DNA of 64,000 nucleotides, from contig NC_081400.1 in NCBI RefSeq assembly GCF_030684315.1, positions 3,341,795-3,405,794 on the forward strand, read 5' to 3'. The notes beneath the pieces were generated by a model. That model saw only the letters and a list, made by a program, of their open reading frames with translations, searched no databases and was not told where the DNA came from. Origin of the DNA: Stegostoma tigrinum (lineage: Eukaryota). The position numbers were made by a program, and so were the translations under genes. Of this stretch, positions 25,431-36,343 are shown one piece after another (the first letter of the stretch is position 1; each line of letters opens with the position of its first letter).

Positions 25431-27176
25431 ACGATGTACATAGGAAGATGGTCATGTGTGTTGGACGTCAGTTATCTTAGCTCCAGGATATTCCTGCAGG
25501 AACTGCTCAGGATAAATATTTGTAATCAATGCATTCAGAAATGTTATGATACACCCCTGCAGCAGGTGGGACTTGACAACAAGTTTTCCAGCCCAGAGGT
25601 AGAGGCACTACCACTGTCCTTGTTACCTCTAATAGTGTCCTAGGCCCAACCATATGTAGTTACTTCGTCAATGACCTTCCTTCTATGATAAGGTTAGAAA
25701 TGGGGATGTTTACTGATGATTACATTATATTTATGACCATTCACAGCTTCTCAGTCCATGTCAAATGCAGCAAGAACTGAACAATGTCCAAGCGTGGTCT
25801 GAAAAGAGGCAATATTGGTGGTCTTAGAGTCTACACGATACACTGTAGAAATTTGCCAAAGCTCTAGATCCTTGGGCTCAGCACCCTGCTGCAAGTCCAT
25901 CTCCCAGCCATCTTGACTTGGAAATATATCGCTGGCCCTTCAGTGTCATTGAGTCAATACCCTGGACTTCCCTCCCTCCAGCAGATGAGCTGCAACAGTT
26001 CAAGGCAGCACTTCGTCAGCACTTGCCCGAGAGTGACTAGGGATGGGCAACAAAACATTGGCGTAGCCAGCGACACCCACTTCCCACTCATGAGCAATAA
26101 GAGATACAATGTATGAACATCCCCTGGATGTCCTCTAGGGCAAGTATGACCTTCTTCTGGTTTACAGGTATTTCTGGATTTTGCTTTGCTTCCTCTATCA
26201 CGAAGACAGAAACAAAATGTTTGTTCTTGTTTTCCTGAAGAGTTGATCATATTATTTTGGGGCTGGAGTCACATGTTGGCCAGACCAGGTAAGGATGACA
26301 AATTTCCCTCCTTAAAAGATCTGAATAGAACATTCTCAGATTTTAAGCTTCTCATTGATCTTCTCACAGCCCCTATTGGTGGGACCTGCTTCTTCCTCAT
26401 GGCATTGACAAAATTACATTCACATTCCCCCAGATGACCTGCTGGGGCTCAAACCCCAGCCACCAAAGAATTGAGTTGGCTCCTTTGAAATTCTGGATCA
26501 GTCTCGCCTCAGATGCTGCAAGACCCGCTGAACTTCACCAGTACTTAGTTTTCAATTCAGATCATCCATCATTGCCAGTATTTTGTTTTCTTTTGGCTTT
26601 ATGCCAATGTCTTTAAACAGCTCAATGGTCCAGCTCTCTAAACTGTGAAACTCGCTGTGAACAGCTGGGATGATTCAGCCCTCTAAATCTGTATGAACAG
26701 TTGATATGCAGAAGGTTTTCAGCAACCATCCCTGTAACTCTCCCATGGGATGAGAATTAATGCCCACGTTTCACTGTCCAGAGAGCCTTTAATAGAGTGG
26801 TGTTAATGGAGAGGAACAGGGCAGTTAATGGAGGGGTGGAATGCTAGTGGATGGAGGGTGTTAGTTCAGGGGTTCAGTGGAGGGAGGGTGTTGACTGAGG
26901 ATTTTGGTGGAGGGAGGGTGTCGATTGAGGGTGTTGGCGAAGGGGAAGTGATAATTGATGGGTCTATTGGTCTATAAACTCTGACCCACCCCTGGGCTTG
27001 GTAGTTACAGGTGCGCCCCTTCAATTCCAGTTGCACCACACAATAGCCGCTCGATGGCTATCACACGCTTACTTCCAAACTTCCACCTCTGGCCCCCACC
27101 CACTGAGGAGGGTGTGCTTTTTTAGAACTACAACTCCCATCAGGCCTGGGTCTCTGTCCAACAACAAGTTGCTGGT

Positions 27177-27400
27177 GAGAGATAATGGGAACTGCAGATG
27201 CTGGAGAATCCAAGACAACAAAATGTGAGGCTGGATGAACACAGCAGGCCAAGCAGCATCTCAGGAGCACAAAAGCTGACGTTTCGGGCCTAGACCCTTC
27301 ATCAGAGAGATGAAGGGTCTAGGCCTGAAACATCAGCTTTTGTGTTCCTGAGATGCTGCTTGGCCTGCTGTGTTCATCCAGCCTCACATCTTGTTGTCTT
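27177..27400. mobile_element. 224-bp palindromic element made of two head-to-head PLE 3' ends
   Basis: Arms are reverse complements centred on the hammerhead motif; 14-bp TSD AACAAGTTGCTGGT at 27163-27176 and 27401-27414. Confidence 0.9.
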
Positions 27401-27664
27401 AACAAGTTGCTGGTCTTCACTGCGCACATGCAAGTTCCAAAGGCATCATGGATAATGTAGTCTTCCCAATGTGTTTAGGAGAAAGTGAGTAGATCAGGAA
27501 AGCTGTGTGGAGAGAGAAACTGTTAATGCCAAGAGTCTGATCTAGCTTTTGTTCAGAACTAAAAGGGTCTAGAAAATGTTGGTTTTTATGTTGTAGACAA
27601 GGATAGAGTAAGAGCGAGGGGAGTAGATGATGAGGGTATCTGGAGTCTAAACTAGACTAAACTA

Positions 27665-27950
27665 AACTAGAGGGTAATAAGTTTAAGGTGAGAGGATAAA
27701 GATTTAAAACAGAACTGAAGGATAACTTTTTCAACTAAAGGATGGTAAGTGTGTGGAATGAGCTGCCAGAAGAAGTGGTGGTGGCTGGTACAATTCAACA
27801 TCGAAAAGGCATCTGGATGTGTCCATGAACAAGAAGGGTTTGGAGGGATATGGGCCAAATGATGGTAAATGTGATTAGATCACATTTGGATGTCTGGCCA
27901 GCGCAGATGAGTTGGGCCAAAGGGTCTATTTCCTTGCTGTATGACTCTGT
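27665..27950 (+). mobile_element. CR1 3'-end fragment
   Basis: gtgtggaatgagctgccag...ctgtatgactct tail. Confidence 0.7.
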
Positions 27951-29480
27951 GATACAGGAGGAGGTTACAGTGATAAGGAGAAGTGTAGTGACTGAAGGAC
28001 ATGGCAATGATAAGGAGGGCTGTAGGGATGGTGCGGATTTTAGTGGCAGGAAGAGTGTAAGATTTGGAGGAAGTTACAGAGAAAAGGAAGGGTTTTATGG
28101 CTGAAGTTGAGTCCAGAGATAGGGAGGAGTGTTGTGGATGGACGGGATTGGATAGATATGGAGTGGTGTAGCGCCTGGTAGACATAACAAGAGAGGCACA
28201 GAGGGACCTGAGATCATTACAGAGATATGGAGGTCGTAGGTGCTGGAGGCATTTACAGAAAAAGGGACGAATCTACGGTCTGTAGGAAATGGCAGAGGTA
28301 GGGAAGGGTCTAGGAACTGAAGGAGACTGTGGAGACAGCGCAGGATATAGGGGCTGGAGGGGGTGACAGAGATGGGAGGGTTTCAGGGGTGAAAGTGGTA
28401 CAAGGGATAGGGAGGAGCATGAGCTAGAGCAGGTTTCAGGGATAGGGAGATGTTCAAGGGCTGAAGGATGTGACACAGATAGTGAGGAGTATAGTGGCTG
28501 GAGGCATTTAGAGACTTCAGGAGGTGTAGGGCAGATTGGAGATATCTGAACAATAGGTGGTTACACAGACAGGAATGGGTGTAGGCACTGGATATATTGT
28601 CAGAAATTATGAGGAACATAGGGACTGGAGGAAGTTGCAGATAAAGCGAGGGATGCTGGAACTGGAAGAGGGTGGGATCTATGTGTTGAAGGAGGTGACA
28701 GAGATACTGAGGGGTTCAGAGGCTCAAGGAGAGCATGGTGTTAGGAGGAGTTGTGAGGAGGACTGGGGCTGGAAGTGGTTACAGAGATGGGGGCCGGGGG
28801 CCATAGTGTCTGACGGGACTTGCAGAGATACTGTGGCGCATAGGGCCCAAGGGAGGCACCAGAGCTAGGGAGTTGAATAGGGGTTTGAGGAGGGGATAGT
28901 GATAGGAAGAGATGTAGGTTACAGGGATGGGGAGGGATGTATAGGCTTGAGAATGTTACAGGGAGAAGAAGGGTATAGGAGCTGGAAGAGGCGACAGAGA
29001 TAAGGAAGGGTGTAATGACTAGAGATGTTTACAGAAATAGCAACAAGTAAGAAGTCTGTAGAAGATAACAGAGGTAAGGAGCAATGTAATGTCTACAGGT
29101 CTTTACAGAGATAGGAAGGAGTGTTATGGATGGAGGGTAGGGCACAAATATGGAGGGTTCTAGTGGCTGGTGAACGGGCACAGGGACTTGAGGTGGCTAC
29201 AGCGAAAGAGAAGGATATAGGCATTGACAGAAATAATGAGAAATCTAGGCTCGGAGGAGGCGGCAGAAAAAGGGGAGGATGTGGAAATTGGAGGAGACTA
29301 GAGATATGGCAGGAGAGCAACTAGAGGAGGTGACAGAGGTATGGAGGTGTTCATAGGCTGAAGAAGATTACAGAGATTGGAAGGGGTTGGAGGAGCACAT
29401 AGTGATAGGATGGGATACAGGGACTGGAGGAGGTTACAGAGACAGGGAGGTGTGTGAAAACTGGAGAGAGATCCCATGTG
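27950..29480 (+). repeat. Purine-rich minisatellite array
   Basis: Same ~32-bp degenerate unit. Confidence 0.8.
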
Positions 29481-29742
29481 GGGCTGGTGTGTTTGGGAAC
29501 AGGAGTGAAATGAAGAATAAAAGACTCTGTAAGATCAACAACAGGATTCCACTTTGGTTATTTTGAGTGACCCAGTGTAGCATGGGTCTGTGTAAATGTG
29601 TGATATATCTATGATGGTGAGGGTTGGATGGAGCTTCTGCATTTTCCCTCCGGCTTGTGGGTGAAGCCACTGCTGCCTGTGTGATGTTTTGAAGCTGACA
29701 ACTGATTGTGGGGCTGCTGCTAATCGTTCAGTGATCAGAGAG

Positions 29743-29811
29743 GTTTCAGTTCCTCCGCTGACGTGGCCCTCCCCTTCCCCTCCATCTGGAGCGAGTGACC
29801 ACACCACCTGC
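29743..29811. promoter_or_regulatory. Candidate B-cell enhancer: EICE, CRE-like site, two E-boxes, RUNX site
   Basis: GAGGAACTGAAAC (- strand, 29743-29755), TGACGTG 29759-29765, CATCTG 29783, TGACCACA 29796-29803, CACCTGC 29805-29811. Confidence 0.55.
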
Positions 29812-31415
29812 AGCCCCTTCACAAACAGGCCAAATACAGCATCACTTCTGCTCTCAGGATCTAAAACGAGGCACTCAAAACACCGCCCATTCCTCCCAAG
29901 GTTAATGGTCTGCAATGCATTGAACTCAGTTGCGGAGACCGCCTTGGGTCTGGCTCTTCGACTATGTGAACTGTCACTGGATTGGCTTTCAACGGATTGC
30001 GAAAAGCGTTCTTGTTGTGCAGCAGGTTTAAAGCAAAAAGCCTTAAAATGCAACTGAAGGCTCAAACTAAGAAAAAGGAGGTCCATCTGCCCTTCCAAAG
30101 TTATTTGCCTTTCAGTACAATCAAGGCTCTACCTGCTCTCCCACATCCCTCAATTCACTCAGAGCGTAAAATTTTATCCACTAGAGTCTTCCATAGACAG
30201 AGAGAATGCTACAGATTCACCGGCCTCTGAGCGAAATAATTTCTCTTCATCTCAGTCCAAATTAGTTGCTCCTTATCCCAGTCTTTCAGAAATGTCCTGT
30301 TTTTCTATTCTTCCAACCAAAGTGAATACTTCCATGTTTCCCACATGAAAGTCCATCTGCTGCTTCCTTACCCAAATACATATCCACTTCGGCCCTGCTA
30401 CTCCACTTCCAAGCCTACTCTCCCACAGAGATTTGTATCTTCATCTACTCCTTCTGCAGATTTATCTTCACTGATGGTTATACCATTGACGATTCAGAGC
30501 CATGTCAAGTCAGAGGCCAGCAAAGCATTTCCATACCAAAAGCTCTGACCCAAACAGAGGTGTGAACAGGTTTTTGAAAGGGATATGACTAATATTTTGA
30601 AGATAATTCAAGCGGACAATCAAAAATTAGAGGCACAGAGTCATAAAGGTCGCCAGCACAGTAAAAGGCCCTTCAGCCCATCAAGTTTATGCTGGTCAAA
30701 AACGAACCCCTAACCATCCCAATCCCATTTTCCAGCATTTCCCCCAGTATTTCTAGCTACCTATTTAATGTTATGAGCCTTCTGCCTCTATCACCCTTAC
30801 AGGCAGTATGTTACAGACAGCTACGAAACTCTGGATGAAAACAATTTTCTTCACATTTCCTCGAAATCTCCTGTCCCCTTACTTTAAATCTATGCCCCCT
30901 GGTCGGCATGGATGATTTGGGACGAAGGGCCTGTTTCTACACTATAGGCCCCTATGAGAGTGTGACTCTATGACACAATGGAGGGACAGAGAAAGAAAAG
31001 AGAATGAAATGTTTTCAAGAAGAAGTTTTCAGGGCTTCAGACATTAAACGATATGGGGGAGAAAGTGGAAACAGGGGACTAGGTTTCGTACAAAAACAGA
31101 AGTTGCTGGAAAAGCTCAGCAGGTCTGGCACCATCTGTGTAGAAAAATTAGAGTTAATGTTTCTGTTCCGATGATCCTTCCTCAGAACTGGACTGAATTT
31201 GATGATCAAACATAATCCTCTTGAATGGCAGACCAGGCTCGATGGGTTGAATAGCCTATGTCTGACACTACTTGCTATGCTCCTATGAACACAAAGCCCA
31301 TTCGCACATTAAACATACATAAACCTGAAAGTTCATTCTGTGGATAACGATGTAGGAAGCCAGAAATAGATCGGTGAAAACCCGGAGTGTCGATTTGCTT
31401 GCTCTCTGCCCCTTC

Positions 31416-31438
31416 ATTTGCATTCCACTGAATAAATA
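31416..31438 (+). promoter_or_regulatory. Ig light-chain promoter: octamer and TATA-like box
   Basis: ATTTGCAT 31416-31423 in light-chain orientation; AATAAATA 31431-31438; near-octamer ATTTGCTT at 31393. Confidence 0.85.
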
Positions 31439-31563
31439 GAGCTGGATGACCCTCTCTCGTTTACCGAGTCTGGGTGCAGAGCGGATCCCGGGAGTTTACA
31501 ACAAACGGTTCGACTGAGGGCAACACCTGGGCAGTTGGCTGTTTTACCACATTCTCCAAGGAA

Positions 31564-31612
31564 ATGTTTTCCATGGTGCATCTACTGTGGGCCCTGCTGC
31601 TCCATGTAACAG
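31564..31612 (+). CDS. Ig light chain leader exon
   Basis: MFSMVHLLWALLLHVT g|gtcaga; 107-nt phase-1 intron to tgtag|31720. Confidence 0.9.
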
Positions 31613-31719
31613 GTCAGAAATTGCTCTGGGATAATGTCTGCCCATTAAACACTGGGCGATGCTCTTTCACACCCGCTGGCAAAGTCACTCAAAGTGTGTC
31701 TGTGTTTCTTTCATTGTAG

Positions 31720-32045
31720 GTACCTTGGCCGTTCCTGTCCTTAATCAGAGTCCAACGTCTGACCCAGTCTCCGCCGGCCAGACCACCCGGTTGAACTGTG
31801 CGATGCAGAACGGAAAAGTGGACAGCTACTATGTGTTCTGGTACCGACAGAAACCCGGAGAGGCCCCGGTGTGGGTGATTGAGCATCAAACTGATGGTGA
31901 TATATACAGGGGCACCGGTTTCACTGACCGTTTTCAACCTTCTCGAGACTCCGTCAGTAACAGTTTCATCTTAACCATCGGAAACCTGGTCTCCAGTGAC
32001 TCCGCCGTCTATTACTGTGCTGTGTGGAGTGGCTCAGCTGGTTAT
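31720..32045 (+). CDS. Ig light chain V segment, type I/NS5 (sigma-cart)-like, germline unrearranged
   Basis: VPVLNQSP..LNCAMQNGKV..WYRQKPG..DSAVYYCAVWSGSAGY; canonical Cys, Trp and D-x-A-x-Y-Y-C; open frame. Confidence 0.95.
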
Positions 32046-32073
32046 CACAGTGAGTCAGGCCAATACACTAACC
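32046..32073 (+). other. V recombination signal sequence, 12-bp spacer
   Basis: CACAGTG - agtcaggccaat - ACACTAACC. Confidence 0.92.
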
Positions 32074-32400
32074 CAGTGTGGAGGACACACTCAAATTTAC
32101 AGCAGCTGAGCAATCACTGGCTGAGGACATGTCAGCGCCTCCAAAAACATCCCTCAGCGCAATTTCTTTTGCAGCCCAGCTACATTTGAAGTGGTACTGT
32201 CAGATCTCCAGAGATGTTAGACTCTGGATCTAATCCAGCACCATCAGTTTCTCAGAGACAAGAGAGATTTGGGAATCTTTCTTTCGTCTGTGAATCGGTC
32301 CGGTCCCAGCTCCACTCATCCCCCTGAGAAATGAGAATGTGGAAAACGACAGATTACTGACATTTCTTCCCTCTTTTCTTCCCACTCCAACCCTAGGTTA

Positions 32401-32439
32401 GGTTTTAGGCCGGTCCTGCCGTTGTGACGCGCCTCTGTG
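32401..32439 (-). other. J recombination signal sequence, 23-bp spacer
   Basis: GGTTTTAGG - 23 nt - CTCTGTG (CACAGAG / CCTAAAACC on the minus strand). Confidence 0.88.
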
Positions 32440-32477
32440 ATACACCTTCGGAGGTGGAACTGCCCTGACCGTTCGGA
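32440..32477 (+). CDS. Ig light chain J segment
   Basis: YTFGGGTALTVR a|gtaagt; FGxG motif and consensus donor. Confidence 0.95.
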
Positions 32478-32599
32478 GTAAGTAATCCTCTTTTCTCTTT
32501 CTCTGTCATTCATACCAGTTCAACTTTTATCCCTCCAGAGTCATTATATTTTCTGGATTTTGCCAAGTCACGATTTAACAGATTTTGCAACAAATCTAA

Positions 32600-34501
32600 C
32601 TTAGATGCACAAGTCAGAGTGTTACATCAATAATCATCTCACTCACTCACACAGGTCGGAATAGGATTTATCTTAATAATTTTCTCATAGATTTGTACAA
32701 GTCAGTATGGTTTATCGGTATTAATCATTATCTCGCTCTCTCATGGACACCAACAGGCCACAGTGTTATAAATCTCAATAATTCTCTGGCAGATGCATGC
32801 AGAACAGTGTGTTATTTACATCACACATGTCAGATAGATTATTGTAATGATTTTCTCTCACTCATACAGGTCAGTGTTACTTTAATAATTCCGTCTCCCT
32901 CACAGGCACACGCGATTCAGAGTGTTATTCATCTTACTTATTCACTCTCTTCCTATCCCTCTCTCTCAAACACACAGGTCAGAGTCATGTGACTAGTCCT
33001 CTCTCTCCCGCACACAGGCCAGTGTATTTTATATATATATTAGTAATTCTCTTTCTCTGTCTCCCTCTCTCTCAGACACAGGGCAGCGGGTTATTTGTAT
33101 TCATAATTCTCTCACACACAAAGAGACACAGGTCAGACATTATATCAATAATCCTCCACACATCGAGGCCAATGTTACATTTATAAATCTTTCACGCACA
33201 AACACACAATCATCACAGGTTATAACAATAACTCTCTCCCATACACAGATCAGAGTGTTATTTACTTTAATAATTCACTCTCAGAAACAAAGATCAGATA
33301 GATGATATCAATAATTCTCTCCCACATACACATGTCTGAGTTCATTAAATTGTTTTCTCTTGAACATTGATAGGTACCTGATACATTAATTTTCTCTCAC
33401 AAAAACTCACAGGCAATTTTATGATCACAATTCGCCCTCTCCCTCACACACAGATAGGTTAGCAAATTATTTACGTTAACAATTCTGCCTGTCAAAACAC
33501 ACAGATGAAAGATTATGATAATAATGCTCTCATAGACACACTAATCAGCTTTACATTGAGAATTCTCTCTCTCACAAAGACGCACAGATCTGAGTGTTAA
33601 TTGTATAAATAATTTTCTCGCTCCCTCCATCTGCCTTTCCTCCTCTCTCTTAAAAACACACACACGGAGGTTAAGTGCTCCTTCGGTTCGTAATTATTTC
33701 TCTCTCCCTCTTTCATACTCTCTCACAAAAACAGGTCAGCGTTTACATCTATAATTCTGTCTCACACAAATCAGACAGGTCTTCTTCCTATTCCTCTCAA
33801 ACACATCTCAGCATCTTAACTATATTAATAATTATCTCTCACTCTGGCTCGAATGTTTATATTATATATATTCATAATCATCTCTTACCCGCAGGTCAAA
33901 TTGACAGATCAATGATTCTTGCCCGCTCTATTCACACACACAATGTGACATTGATCATTCCATCGCACACAAACATGTAGCAGTTAGAGTGTCATTTAAA
34001 TTAATANNNNNNNNNNNNNNNNNNNNNNNNNNNNNNNNNNNNNNNNNNNNNNNNNNNNNNNNNNNNNNNNNNNNNNNNNNNNNNNNNNNNNNNNNNNNNN
34101 NNNNNNNNNNNNNNNNNNNNNNNNNNNNNNNNNNNNNNNNNNNNNNNNNNNNNNNNNNNNNNNNNNNNNNNNNNNNNNNNNNNNNNNNNNNNNNNNNNNN
34201 GTATACCCAAATAATTCTCTATCTCACAGACATAGCAGACCAGAGATTCTCTCAATAATTCTCTCACATACAGGTCAATATTCCATTGATAATTCTCTCT
34301 CTCACACACACAAGCACGATCGTCAAAAATGAAATTGATTATTCTTGCTGACATACACTGGTGAATGTTACATTTATAATACTCTCTCTCAAAGCCACGT
34401 CGGTCAGAAATTATAAGGATAATTGTCTGTCTCTGTCTCTGGCTCTCTGCCTTTCACACACTCTCTCTCTCACGCACGCACAGACGCACACAAACACACG
34501 T

Positions 34502-34567
<66 letters not shown>

Positions 34568-36020
34568 GTCAGTGTGTCCATACGTTCATAATTCTCCCAC
34601 ACTCAAACACAATCAGGTAAGAGATTGCATCAATAATTCTTGCTCACATACAGGTCAGTGTTGCAGTGATAATTCTCTCTCACACACAAACAAGCACAGA
34701 GGTCGAAAATTAAAGAGGTAATTCTTTCTGACATACACTGATCAAAGTTACTTTTATAATTCTCTCTCACACAAAGAAGCACAGGTAAGAGATTGTAAGA
34801 ATCATTCCCTTTGTCACTGTCTCTATTTCTGTTTCTCTATGTTACTCTCGGTCTCATACACACGGACGCAAACTCATATGCACACACTCGCAGGTCAGAG
34901 TGTGATTCATGCTTGTAATTCTTCCTCCGTCCCCCTCTTTCACACCCTCTCAGACACTCACAGATCAGTGTTTACATCAATAATTCTGTCTCACACAAGT
35001 CAGACAGGTCATCTTTCTATTTCTCTCACACACAGGTCAGCGGGTTGTATACAATATTAAAAGTTATCTTTCACACGCAGGTCAGATGGAAATATCAATG
35101 CGCTCTCTATTTCACAGACCAAGTGTGACATTAATCATTGTATTTCACACAAAGTCTCAACAGTCGGAATGTAATTTATATCAATAAATCGGTGTCTCTA
35201 ATACAAGCATAGCCACACACCCAGAAACACACAAACACAGGCACACACCAGTGTTTTATATATGTTAATAATTCTGTCACTCACAAGCACAAACAGGTCA
35301 GACATTCTATCAATAATTCTCTCTCACAAACATGTCAGCGTTACATTGATAATTCTATCTCACATGCACACAAGCACAGAGGTCAAAAATTAAATGACTA
35401 ATATTTTTCTGACACACGCTGGCCAATGTTACATTAATTATTCTCTCTCAAAAAGGCACAAAGTCACAGATTTTCACAATAATTCTCTCCGCCTCTGTCT
35501 CTCTGTCTCTGCGTCCCTCCCTTTCTCTCTCTCTCTCTCACACACACACATAGACACACACACACATTCGCGCACTCGCTTGTCAGTGTTATAATAACGC
35601 TTCTCTCTGACAAAAACACACAGATCAACATTTTTCTTTCATTCATGTTTCTCTCTCAGACAGTTTCTGTCACTCACATACAAAACAACACAGTTCATAA
35701 CTTAAATCGGTAATCCTTTGTCTCAAACACAGGTCAGAATTATTTGATTTTTTTGTCTCCCTGCCTTCCTCTCTCTCTCTCTCTCTCTCTCCTTCACACT
35801 CAAACTCCAGTGTGCAGTATAAGTATTGCTCACCCTCTCTCTTTCACACTTTCATGCAACACAACAGAGATGAAAACAGTAATATTGCCTCATGCACGCA
35901 TGTCAGGTAAATTATACCTATAGTTCTGTCACAGACAAGTCATCTGTTTTATTAATAATTCTCTGCCTCACACAAATACACCAGTTAGATTGTCATCATT
36001 GTCAGTAATTCTCTCTCTAT
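32600..36020 (+). repeat. Degenerate J-C intron array (TAATTCTCTCTCACACACAGGTCAG-like units), resuming at 43945-44466; assembly gap 34007-34200
   Basis: Dozens of units; higher-order duplication 33690-34000 ~ 34910-35190 and 34220-34600 ~ 35290-35600; (CA)n at 34503-34563. Confidence 0.85.
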
Positions 36021-36029
36021 TCATTCACG

Positions 36030-36334
36030 GGATGAGGGCTTCGCTGGCGAGGCAGCAATTACTGTCGATCATTAATTGCCCAGAGGAGAGTTAAGAGTCA
36101 ACTACATTGCTGTGGCCTGGAGTCACATGTTGGTCAGATCAAGTAAGGACGGCAGTTTTAAGGACATGAGTGAAGCAGATGGGTTTTTCCAAAAATCAAC
36201 AATGGATTCACAGTCATTATTAGATTCTTAATTACAGATATACGTTGAGTTCAAATTCGAACCAGGGTCTCCAGAACTTTATCTGGGTCTTTGGATTAAT
36301 CAGCTCAGTCATAAAACCATTCGACCATTACCTC
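36030..36334 (-). mobile_element. Deu-domain (SacSINE1-like) SINE
   Basis: gttaagagtcaactacattgctgtggcctggagtcacatgt core. Confidence 0.65.
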
Positions 36335-36343
36335 CACACATAT

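Noticed and set aside
29535-30098. 187-aa minus-strand and 122-aa plus-strand ORFs
   Set aside because: No recognisable domain or splice context; the region is better explained as regulatory
31474-32189. ORF-track proteins 31474-31719 and 31659-32189 as full CDS
   Set aside because: They run through the leader intron and RSS; the true exons are annotated separately
31720-32477. TCR or Ig heavy-chain identity, or a germline-joined VJ
   Set aside because: Light-chain-orientation octamer, no D segment, 12/23 RSS intact, single C exon ending in Cys with no transmembrane exon
34007-34200. ORFs spanning the N run
   Set aside because: Assembly gap artefact; the true intron length is uncertain
32600-36020. 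CRISPR-like array or cryptic RSS array
   Set aside because: Eukaryotic degenerate satellite with no fixed repeat-spacer structure; CACAG motifs lack correctly spaced nonamers
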